Assembly (NCBI GenBank): GCA_964388035.1
Contig: CAYLZE010000055.1
Coordinates: forward strand, 11,070-31,908
Reading direction: 5' to 3'
Length of the DNA stretch: 20,839 nucleotides
DNA from: an uncultured archaeon
GTDB lineage: Archaea; Asgardarchaeota; Lokiarchaeia; Sigyniarchaeales; SOKP01
Below the pieces are notes generated by a model that was not told the origin of the DNA, did no database searches, and saw nothing but the letters and a program-made list of their open reading frames with translations. The stretch's first letter is position 1, and each line of letters begins with the position of its first letter. This document shows positions 8,541 to 17,105 of the stretch, one piece after another. The position numbers were made by a program, and so were the translations under genes.

Positions 8541-10118
8541 GTGAAAAAAAAAATGAATGGTAAGTATATAATTGCCCACGACCTTGGAACCACGGGCAAT
8601 AAAGCCGCAATCTTTGATTCCAAGCTGACATTAATTGCGGATGAGATGATAAAATATCCTCTTATCTATCCCAAACCTGGATGGGCAGAACAAAACGCCA
8701 TGGATTATTGGAATTCAGTCGTGAACACGACAAAAACCCTCATGCAAGCAAATAAAATCAATTCGGAGGACGTTCTTGCCCTGGTTTTTGATTGCCAAAT
8801 GAATTGTACCGTTCCCATCGATCAGGACGGAAATCCCTTAATGAATTGTATCAACTGGCTCGATACCAGAGCCGCTCAAACAACTCATAAATTCCGAAAA
8901 GGACCCATAAAAATCTCAGGATTTGGATTGAAAAATTTATTGATGTTTATTAAAATTACCGGAGGCGCTCCAGGAACGAATGGGAAGGATCCTATTGCCC
9001 ATATATTATGGATCAAAGACAATGAACCTGCAATCTATGACAAGACCTTCAAGTTTCTCAGTGTAAAGGACTTTGTAATTTTTAAATGTACTGAAAAAGC
9101 GGTTACTTCACGGGACTTGGGCAATACGTCGTGGTTGATGGATTCCAATCCGGGACAATTTGTCTGGTCGCCAAAAATTCTTGAAAAATTAAAAATAGAT
9201 AATGAAAAATTACCGGTAATTAAAAAATCCGTTGAAATTGCAGGAACCCTAACCGAAAAAGCAGCTAAAGAATTGGGATTAAAAACAGGAATCCCCGTGA
9301 TAGTAGGGTCGGGAGATCTGACTTCCGCTGCAATAGGTTCGGGAGCAATAAAGGATAATGAATTAATCGTTAATATAGGAACTTCCGACATGGTCGCCGC
9401 CCATACTCCTGATAGGATAAAAGATTTAATACATTACACGGGGTCCATTTGTTCTGCCCAAGATAAATATCTCTGCATTTCAAAGCAAGAAACGGGAGGG
9501 GCTTGTTTAGACTGGATTGTAGAACAATTATTTCCTTCTGAAAGGAAGAATTCTAGAGAAAAATTGGATGAAATTTATGAAGAAATTAATACAATGGTGG
9601 AAGGAGCTGAAGCGGGATCAAAAAACATGATCTTCACTCCTTGGCTGTTTGGAGAAAGAAGTCCCCTAAATGATTCGAGCGTGCGCGGTGGATTATATAA
9701 TCTGAGTCTTGATCAAAAAAGAGAAGATCTCCTTCGAGCCGTCTATGAAGGAGTTGCGTTTAATATTAAGTGGGCTCTACAGGTTGTAGAGAAATTAGTA
9801 GGGAAGGGAGAATCCATTAACTTTATTGGAGGTGGTGCGAAATCCCGGATTTGGGCCCAAATTCTGGCAGACGTGTTGGAGAGAAAAATTAACCGCATCT
9901 CAGAACCTAATTTAGCCGCAGTCAAAGGATCTGCCATCGTGGCTTTAGTAGGATTAGGTATTTTAAAAAGCTTTGAAGAAGCTATACCATTAATCAAGAT
10001 TGATGAATCTCTTACTCCTAATATTCAGAATAAACCAATTTATGACAAGCTATTTAAAGAATATCTCGCGACCTATAAAAGAAATAAAAAAATGTTCAAA
10101 ATTTTAAATCCTGAATAG
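8541..10118 (+). CDS. FGGY-family carbohydrate kinase (xylulokinase-like); ATG 8553 may be the true start
   Basis: AHDLGTTGNK, YPKPGWAEQ, WLDTRA, GSGD, FTPWLFGERSP, RAVYEGVAF, GGGAKSRIWAQILADVL motifs. Confidence 0.92.
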   Translation: MKKKMNGKYIIAHDLGTTGNKAAIFDSKLTLIADEMIKYPLIYPKPGWAEQNAMDYWNSVVNTTKTLMQANKINSEDVLALVFDCQMNCTVPIDQDGNPLMNCINWLDTRAAQTTHKFRKGPIKISGFGLKNLLMFIKITGGAPGTNGKDPIAHILWIKDNEPAIYDKTFKFLSVKDFVIFKCTEKAVTSRDLGNTSWLMDSNPGQFVWSPKILEKLKIDNEKLPVIKKSVEIAGTLTEKAAKELGLKTGIPVIVGSGDLTSAAIGSGAIKDNELIVNIGTSDMVAAHTPDRIKDLIHYTGSICSAQDKYLCISKQETGGACLDWIVEQLFPSERKNSREKLDEIYEEINTMVEGAEAGSKNMIFTPWLFGERSPLNDSSVRGGLYNLSLDQKREDLLRAVYEGVAFNIKWALQVVEKLVGKGESINFIGGGAKSRIWAQILADVLERKINRISEPNLAAVKGSAIVALVGLGILKSFEEAIPLIKIDESLTPNIQNKPIYDKLFKEYLATYKRNKKMFKILNPE

Positions 10119-10137
10119 ACACCAAGCTCAAATTCCT

Positions 10138-10162
10138 TGTTTTTTTCTTTTTCTTTAATTTT
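10138..10162 (+). terminator. T-rich tract, candidate archaeal intrinsic terminator after the kinase
   Basis: Oligo-T runs starting about 20 nt after the stop codon. Confidence 0.4.
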
Positions 10163-10329
10163 GTTAAAAGTTCTCCTTTTAGGTTTTCTTCATGAATACT
10201 TGCGAGAATATATCAAAGTAAATAGGGAATAAAAAGAAAAAAAGGAAAAATGATATTTTTATTACGCAAGGATTTCAAATATATATCATGGGAAACACAT
10301 GCTAAATCTAATAACGTATTTAAAGAAAT

Positions 10330-10348
10330 AAATCATAACCTATAATTA
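10330..10348 (+). promoter_or_regulatory. Candidate BRE/TATA (AAATCATAACCTATAATTA) for the MFS gene
   Basis: 12-bp identity with 8355-8366 followed by TATAATTA, about 60 bp upstream of ATG 10409. Confidence 0.45.
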
Positions 10349-10408
10349 GAATTTTAACAATTTAAAAAAAGAAAAAATAAAATAATAGAATATAATTGGA
10401 AGTTAACA

Positions 10409-11829
10409 ATGGTCGAAGAAAAACAGATTACCGAAAAAAAATATTCAAACTGGACCCATCTATCGTTTAATTTGATGATGTTCATGCTTCCCGCCACGTA
10501 AGGCAATATGCATTCTGCTTATTGCCCGTGATTGGCATATTCGGGACGCATTTCTTCTGGTACTACGAGACGGAAGTACTACTTCCGGTAATTTTCGTAG
10601 GAATTGCGAACGTTATTTATCTTTTATGGGACGCTTTTAATGATCCCCTTATCGGATATCTATCAGATAGATCGCACAATCGGTTATCGAAGAAATATGG
10701 AAGGCGATTCCCCTATATCGTCATAATGGGGGTGCCCACCATGCTTTCCATGATGCTTTTATTCATTCCCCCAATAACTAACGCTCAAATTAACCCTATC
10801 CCTGTTTTCTTATGGGCTGTTGCCATGTTAATCATTCATGAGACGGGATATACTACGGTAAGTTTAACAAGAGCGTTATATCCGGAGAAATTTCGATCTG
10901 ATTCAGAACGGCGGAAGAATGCGGGGATTGGCATGGTAATTTACAATATCGGCATGTTATGCGGTCTCGTGATTCCCATGATATTTGTCACTACGGGAGA
11001 TATCAACTCCTATTTTCTTGGTGCCATAATTTTAACGATTCCTTGTTTTATTACCTTTTTTCTGGGGATACCGGGAGTCAGAGAAGATAAAGAAATGATA
11101 GAACGTGATATCAACGAGGAGCGAGAGCCTTTCTTTAAAACCATGATTACAGTCTTAAAGAAGAAGAATTTTCGCGCCGTTATTGTCGTAATGATGTCTG
11201 TCCAGATGATTGGTGCCTGCATAATGGGTAGTGTTTATTATTACGTGTACTACATCCTATTGGAGCCCGCAGATTCGTCAGCGGACATATTATTCATGCT
11301 AGCTTGGTTCATTGCGGGAGTTGTATCTATACCTTTTTGGATGTTCATGGGTAAAAAAATCGGAAATCGAAAGCTGCAGATTTTAGCCTTAATCATGTAT
11401 AGTATCGCTATAATGCCCTTTCTTTTTATTCGAAGTCTCATTGGTGCGATTCTTGCAGCACTCGTGCTTGGGTTCATGATGGGAGCTAGTACATTCATCA
11501 GATATCCGCTATTTTCAGATTTAATAGATGAAGCCACCATAATGGATGGAAAACGCCAAGAAGGTATCTATCAAGGAGTGTTAGCATTTTTTGATCGATT
11601 CGGGATCCTCATACAGCCTATTATTTTTACCATCGTTCATCTCCTGACACGGTTTGATGCGACCCAAGCGGTTCAAACTCCCTTAGCTCAACAAGGAATA
11701 TTAGCAGCATTTACTTGGGTTCCAGCAAGCATCGCAATCATCGCTTGCCTTATCTTTTATAAATACTACGACTTGACGATAACACGAACTGAAGAAAATA
11801 AAATAAAACTGCATGAATTGAATTTATAA
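10409..11829 (+). CDS. GPH (MelB-like) MFS sugar transporter, predicted spliced: join(10409..10500,10533..11829), 462 aa
   Basis: WDAFNDPLIGYLSDR...YGRRFP, DLIDE...GKRQEGIY and YDLT motifs. Exon 1 reads MVEEKQITEKKYSNWTHLSFNLMMFMLPAT, and splicing continues YGIFGTHFFWYYETEV, giving a complete first TM helix. The track's TTG-10522 ORF lacks this N-terminus. Confidence 0.85.
10501..10532 (+). other. Candidate 32-nt bulge-helix-bulge (tRNA-type) intron in a protein-coding gene
   Basis: Central helix CACG(10495-98)/CGUG(10527-30); 3-nt bulges UAA(10499-501) and AUU(10531-33); inner stem GGCAAUA(10502-08)/UAUUGCC(10520-26). Cutting after the second nucleotide of each bulge removes the in-frame TAA, creates TAT and restores the frame. 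Confidence 0.82.
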
Positions 11830-11898
11830 TCTAATTTTAGCAACCTTTTTTTTCTTTTTATCCATTTCTCTTTATTTTAGAGTTCAACCTTAGAAAAA

Positions 11899-12393
11899 TT
11901 ACTCATGATGCTCACATGCTCCGTCACATCCAAAAATAAACGGATTAACCACGGGTTCGGGGTCCAATCCTTTTTCTATCACTTTTAAAGTAAAAGTAAG
12001 CGTCTTTCCCGCCCCCGGATGGTTCATATCCACGATCACGAAATCTTCATCGATTAATCGGATCCAACCGGGTGAACCCATACCATTCGGCCCTATAACT
12101 TCAATCTGGTTCCCTATTTTTAGATTGTGGTCTTGGGCTATTTGAGAGATTGGGATTTTTTCTAGCAAGAGGGGATCAAACTCTCCATATGCTTTTTCTG
12201 GGGGAAGAATTAGCTGTTTTTCCTCTCCGACTTCCATTCCAATTAAAGACTCATCCAAGCTTTTTAAAACCTGTCTCGTTCCAACTTGTACTTTGATCGG
12301 ACCGCCTCGCATATCAGAAGAATCAAAAATTGTACCATCTTCCAAGGTTATTTTAAATTGTAATTTAATAATATCGCCATTTTCTACAGGCAT
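11899..12393 (-). CDS. slyD: FKBP-type peptidyl-prolyl isomerase, SlyD-like
   Basis: EDGTIFDSS, GMEVGEEK, LPPEKAYG, VDMNHPGAGKTLTF motifs, IF-domain insert and a short Cys/His tail (CDGACEHHE). Confidence 0.9.
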   Translation of the reverse strand: MPVENGDIIKLQFKITLEDGTIFDSSDMRGGPIKVQVGTRQVLKSLDESLIGMEVGEEKQLILPPEKAYGEFDPLLLEKIPISQIAQDHNLKIGNQIEVIGPNGMGSPGWIRLIDEDFVIVDMNHPGAGKTLTFTLKVIEKGLDPEPVVNPFIFGCDGACEHHE

Positions 12394-12724
12394 GACAATC
12401 CACCTATTTCATTTAAAATACAAATATATAAAAGAGTTTTGATTATAAATTTATTTTTTTTATAGATTACAAGAGAAAAAGAAGTCCTATTTTTATATCT
12501 TAACCGCGAGGGAATAATAGTTATAAGAAAAAGATCATCAAATTAAGTATCAAATTCGCTGTCTTTCGTTCAGAAATAACGCGAATGGGGATTTTTTGGA
12601 TCTAAAAACGAAATTATAAGTTAAATGTACAATTGCATAATACATTGATTTATATACTCATAACGCGATTTTTTTAATATAGTAAAATTAGTTTGGTATT
12701 CTAAGCTCACGGGTTTGAAAAAAA

Positions 12725-13408
12725 TTGAAAGTCGTGATTAGTGGCCCCCTACAAGCGGGAAAATCCAGCTATATTAAACTTCTCGATCCTAATGCCTTAA
12801 ATATTGAAGCGGAAAGCAGAAGATATAACTGTAAAATAACGGTAGCCATGGACATGGGTAATATCAAGCTAAATGGATTTGAAGTTCATTTATTTGGCAC
12901 GCCGGGTCTGTTACATTTTTCGGTCATGCGCGACGTTATTACCCAAGGAGCCGATGGAATAGTTTTCATATTCGATGCTGCCAATCCTGACAAAGATAAA
13001 GATGCAATCGTAATCTTGAATGCTTTAAGAAAAATGATTGAAACGAATACCCCTATCGTTTTCTTGGCAAATAAGCAAGATATAAAAGGTGCTAGAAGCC
13101 CGGAAGTGATTAGAGCACAAAATTCCTTACCCCATAATTCCGTAATTTTTCCCTCCAGCACGAAAACTAAATTGAATATTCATAAGTCCATGAAGCATCT
13201 CATAAACATGATTTATGATAATTATGCAAGCCTTCTTGAAATTCTACGAAATTACGAAAATGATGTAAAAGGATTAGCAAAAAAATTGGAAAAAAATAAG
13301 ACCCAAATGCGAGATTTTTTGAATAACATGGAAGTCAAGCGCTTCATTGAGATTGACCGAATCAAGCGACGTTATAAGGTTAGGGAAGGTCTTAAAAATT
13401 TGACCTAA
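12725..13408 (+). CDS. Small GTPase (MglA/CvnD-like) with a C-terminal winged-helix-like domain
   Basis: G1 GPLQAGKSS, G2 region ITVAMDMG, G3 FGTPGL, G4 NKQD, G5-like SSTK; about 65-aa C-terminal extension with an HTH-wing pattern; TTG start. Confidence 0.85.
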   Translation: MKVVISGPLQAGKSSYIKLLDPNALNIEAESRRYNCKITVAMDMGNIKLNGFEVHLFGTPGLLHFSVMRDVITQGADGIVFIFDAANPDKDKDAIVILNALRKMIETNTPIVFLANKQDIKGARSPEVIRAQNSLPHNSVIFPSSTKTKLNIHKSMKHLINMIYDNYASLLEILRNYENDVKGLAKKLEKNKTQMRDFLNNMEVKRFIEIDRIKRRYKVREGLKNLT

Positions 13409-13694
13409 TAATAGGGGTTAGCTCCGATATGTGTAACTTCTTGGTCGGAGATACCTGCTTCGTCCAAAGCTAATTTAATGGTCTTTATTCCTAAAGTTGT
13501 TATTAATTCCAAACTATTTTTAACTTTAATTTCATGAATTAATGTTCTAATTTTGATCATCTTATTATTTTGTTAAACCTTTTGGATAACGATGAGAAGA
13601 GTAGCATAACTATTAACGGTTAGAGCCAAGATGTTAAAGGATTAGAAGTCGATCGAAGTAATCGGCGTTATAAGGTTAGGGAAGGTCTTAAAAA
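13370..13694 (+). repeat. 29-bp exact direct repeat CGTTATAAGGTTAGGGAAGGTCTTAAAAA at 13370-13398 and 13666-13694
   Basis: Read directly in the sequence. Confidence 0.95.
13405..13560 (-). CDS. Small ORF or gene fragment, 51 aa
   Basis: MIKIRTLIHEIKVKNSLELITTLGIKTIKLALDEAGISDQEVTHIGANPYY; shorter than any ORF in the track; lies between the direct repeats. Confidence 0.3.
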   Translation of the reverse strand: MIKIRTLIHEIKVKNSLELITTLGIKTIKLALDEAGISDQEVTHIGANPYY

Positions 13695-13704
13695 CTTGAT
13701 TTAG
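13630..13704 (+). pseudogene. Decayed, internally deleted copy of the GTPase 3' end
   Basis: Translates DVKGL-EVDRSNRRYKVREGLKNLI* versus the gene's DVKGL(25 aa)EIDRIKRRYKVREGLKNLT*; no start codon, and an in-frame TAG lies at 13621. Confidence 0.75.
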
Positions 13705-13827
13705 CAATATGATTTGGAACTAGGAAGGTAAGGTTCTTTTCCTAATTTAATTTGATTTTAATTTAATTAGATAAAAGTTCCTTTCTTGAAGCACGAGCAC
13801 TATATTTTAATATGGTAGAATAAGGAA

Positions 13828-15720
13828 TTAATAAAAATCGAAAGGGGATATTGTGCTTTTTCTGTATTTACTCTGTAAGCTTACTAATCGTGCTCTTTGA
13901 TCATTTAAAAGATTCCAAAAGAATTCAGGAGTTTCTTCCTCTTTCTTAAACAATTTCTCGATCCGGTTTAGTTTCTCTAAAAGTTTATCGCATCGAATGG
14001 AAAATTGAGCCACATAATCTTCTTTGGAATACTCTTTATTCAAGATAGTCTTAAACAAATGCTTCAAATCATCAAATAATGGTAAGAATCCGATAGGGGA
14101 GTTAATCGCTTTAAAATCATCATGAGCTCGTCCTTCTGCCCATAAGAGCCACACCTTTTTATCCATCATGCCCGTGATATATTTTCCCTTTTCATTTTTG
14201 AGAAAATAGTTCGTGGCAAAAACTTTAGGAGGATATTTCAAGGCGTTACCAAGTTTTTGGTGGTTTTTCAAATATTTACTCAAGGGAACGACCATGAAAT
14301 CCAAGTTTGCCATGGGATTTGCAGATCTCACTCCCGCTTTTCCTAAGGTTGCGGTGGTGGTTTCAGATTCAATGGAGGCTCCCAAGAAAATACCGTGTTC
14401 CCAATTAAAGCTTTCAATAATGGGTACCATGGTATCGGAATCTCTTCCCCCATAAAAAATGCCATGCAAAGGAACGCCCTCGGGATTATTCAAATTAGGA
14501 TCTGCATTGGATAATTCACTTATTCGGATGGTATATCTTGCATTGGGATGAGCTAAAGGGATTTCTTTTCCATTCTTATCCTTTTTCCCTTCATTCCAGT
14601 TCCCTGAATGATTGAATCCATCTTTTGGAGTGTCGATGCCCATTCCTAACCAATAAGGATGTCCCTCATTAATTAATACGTTAGAAAAAATCATTTCTCT
14701 GGGAGTGGTAAGCGCTTCATATATAATGGGATCGTCTTCTGCATTTACATCTTTTATGATACCAAATATTCCACATTCAATGTTAACAGCATGGGCATGC
14801 CCATCACTCCAAATGCGCAAATAAGCTATATCATCGCCTACAATGGTTTGTCCAGGAATCATTGCGGTAGAAGTTTTACCGCACGCACTTGGATAAGCAC
14901 CACAAAAATATGAAACGCGATTTTTACCTTCTGGATGCACACCCATTATGAACATGTGTTCCGTTAGCCAATCTTCATTATTTGCTTGGTTTATTGCTAG
15001 CCGCAAGGCAAGCTTTTTTAATCCCAATGAATTTCCCGCATATTGATTATTAACGGTTAAAACTCTGTTTTCTTTGAGATCCATGTAGATCCTTCTTTGG
15101 TCGATATTTTTTGTTACGGGGGGATTTCCTATTAATTCACCTGCAGAATGCACGAGATAATAAAATTGTTCGGAACCATTTAATTTTTTAAATTCTTCAT
15201 AGCCAGCGCGATATAGGAGGTCCTCGCTATGAGCCACATAAAGGGAATCCGTGAGTTGTAGGGCACAGATTGTAAATTTCGAGTTTTTCGGTCCTAAACA
15301 AAAGAACCTCACCACACATTCTTTGCCTTTCATGGCTCCATCCATTATGCTCATGATTTCTTTTAGTCCCTCCCCCCTATCGATGGTATTAATCCACGGA
15401 GAGGCATATTCCCCTTTCGGAATTAAAGTTTTCGTGTTCTCTTTGTCTCTTGCTTGGTCTTCATACGAATCGTAATGGATCGTAGAGCCTTCCAATTTTA
15501 AAGGCATTTCCTCTTGTTCTTCTAGGGCACGCTGTCTAATATATTCAATATCTTTGGGTGAATCGGTTATCACCGTGACTTTACTCGGTTTACATAACTG
15601 AATGTATTCATCCACAATTCTTAATACCTTGTCATTATTTAGCTCATAGAGCTTATTCATATCATCCTTGCTAATAATAGCAGAATCCATCTCATATCTC
15701 GTAGCTTTTGACGAGGGCAT
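13828..15720 (-). CDS. pckG: Phosphoenolpyruvate carboxykinase (GTP-dependent)
   Basis: YAGNSLGLKK, WLTEHMFI, AYPSACGKTS, VGDDIA, AHPNARY, YGGR motifs. Confidence 0.95.
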   Translation of the reverse strand: MPSSKATRYEMDSAIISKDDMNKLYELNNDKVLRIVDEYIQLCKPSKVTVITDSPKDIEYIRQRALEEQEEMPLKLEGSTIHYDSYEDQARDKENTKTLIPKGEYASPWINTIDRGEGLKEIMSIMDGAMKGKECVVRFFCLGPKNSKFTICALQLTDSLYVAHSEDLLYRAGYEEFKKLNGSEQFYYLVHSAGELIGNPPVTKNIDQRRIYMDLKENRVLTVNNQYAGNSLGLKKLALRLAINQANNEDWLTEHMFIMGVHPEGKNRVSYFCGAYPSACGKTSTAMIPGQTIVGDDIAYLRIWSDGHAHAVNIECGIFGIIKDVNAEDDPIIYEALTTPREMIFSNVLINEGHPYWLGMGIDTPKDGFNHSGNWNEGKKDKNGKEIPLAHPNARYTIRISELSNADPNLNNPEGVPLHGIFYGGRDSDTMVPIIESFNWEHGIFLGASIESETTTATLGKAGVRSANPMANLDFMVVPLSKYLKNHQKLGNALKYPPKVFATNYFLKNEKGKYITGMMDKKVWLLWAEGRAHDDFKAINSPIGFLPLFDDLKHLFKTILNKEYSKEDYVAQFSIRCDKLLEKLNRIEKLFKKEEETPEFFWNLLNDQRARLVSLQSKYRKSTISPFDFY

Positions 15721-16251
15721 CTTTAACGTTGGTGTTATGATTTTTTGAACAAAATATTAATGTTTAATAAAAAATAATATAAATTCCTATTAAAATTTTA
15801 GGAATGAATGAATAATGTTCAGAAAAAAAGTGATTAATGGGGTAAGTCTTTCATAAAAAAATTCATTGTTATTTAAGTTTATGGTTTTCGTTGAAAAGTT
15901 TTTAGATAATGAAAAAAATGGTGTGTTAAATTTATCTTTTTTTAATTCCATTCTCTCTCTTTCATAATAAAGTATTAATACATGTTTATAGTGTTTTTTG
16001 CCAAACATCATTGCAATTATAATTTAATTTTTTCTCAAGAACTTACTTAAGCCTATTTTAACAAGAAAATAATTTCATTATTGAAATGCAGTTCTATTTT
16101 GACCTTAATTTGGCAAGAGATTTAATTTTCAATAAAATCGGAATTTGGCTTTATAAATAATAAGTCGGTGGATTAAATATTTATTCACCCTAAAATATAG
16201 TAAAGAATTATCAGAAATTCGATTTATTAATAATTTTTAGAAAAAAGATAG

Positions 16252-16791
16252 ATGATAATGAGTATTGATATTACGGAAGTATTTAAAGTCCTTGCCAAGT
16301 ATAATAAACTTACAAATCAGCAGATGATAAAGGTATTAGAAAAGGTGGATCCAAAAAAGTTGACAGAAAATCTTGGGTCCTACTACGGATCTATTTTAGG
16401 TCTCTTGAATCATTCGATGATGGCGGATATCGACTGGATGCGTACTTTGGGAACTCATCTTTCAAGTTTGAGTTTTATACCCTCCCTTTTAGAACGATAT
16501 TCTAGCGCACCTTCCCCCCCAGATCAGCTCCATTGGAAAACCTTAGATGAATATAAAACTGTCCGTGCAGAGGTAGATGAGCTATTAGAAAGATTAGTTA
16601 ATTCAATTAATCCCAGTCAATTTAAAGAAGTTCTAAAACTCGAACGACGTCATGGTACATTTGAATTTATAACATGGCATATTATATTACACCTTTTCAA
16701 TCACGAAACGCATCACAGAGGAGGAGTGGCAGTAATGTTGGACCAACTTAAAGTAGAAAATGATTATTCTAGCCTTATTGGGAAAGTATAA
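16252..16791 (+). CDS. DinB/YfiT-family protein (His-triad four-helix bundle)
   Basis: YNKLTN, SYYGSILGLLNH, AD..W, and HLFNHETHHRG motifs. Confidence 0.9.
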   Translation: MIMSIDITEVFKVLAKYNKLTNQQMIKVLEKVDPKKLTENLGSYYGSILGLLNHSMMADIDWMRTLGTHLSSLSFIPSLLERYSSAPSPPDQLHWKTLDEYKTVRAEVDELLERLVNSINPSQFKEVLKLERRHGTFEFITWHIILHLFNHETHHRGGVAVMLDQLKVENDYSSLIGKV

Positions 16792-17105
16792 GCATGGATA
16801 AGAGTGACCGAATATATCATTAGAAAGTCATGGAATGACTTGAAACATTTAATAAATCATTTTGAATATTATTTCAGGAAACAAAACAATTCTAATTGGG
16901 CTGATTCTACATGGTGAATTAATCCAATATAAGTCTTCAAAGTAATATTATTAAGTTTATTGGCGTTTTAAGGGAGAATGAAGGCGAAATTTTAAAATCC
17001 ATGCTTAAATGATCGATGAGTTTTAAACATTAAAGGATTTAAAAAAAAAGATAATTAAATAATAATATAACTCTTGATTTATAAGAGTCTAGCGATATTT
17101 ATTTC

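Noticed and set aside
8449-8631. 60-aa minus-strand ORF
   Set aside because: Overlaps the kinase start on the opposite strand; low complexity.
10409-10532. MFS gene as a simple pseudogene or single-base sequencing frameshift
   Set aside because: A one-base fix would leave about 10 extra non-homologous residues in TM1. The insert has no target-site duplication, matches BHB cut sites exactly, and the rest of the gene is intact. Not formally excluded without RNA data.
10522-11829. ORF-track start at TTG 10522 for the MFS gene
   Set aside because: It begins inside the predicted intron stem and omits the N-terminus and half of TM1, which are encoded from ATG 10409.
15790-16011. 73-aa minus-strand ORF upstream of PEPCK
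   Set aside because: Extremely AT-rich, F/K/N-biased and motif-free; probably intergenic.
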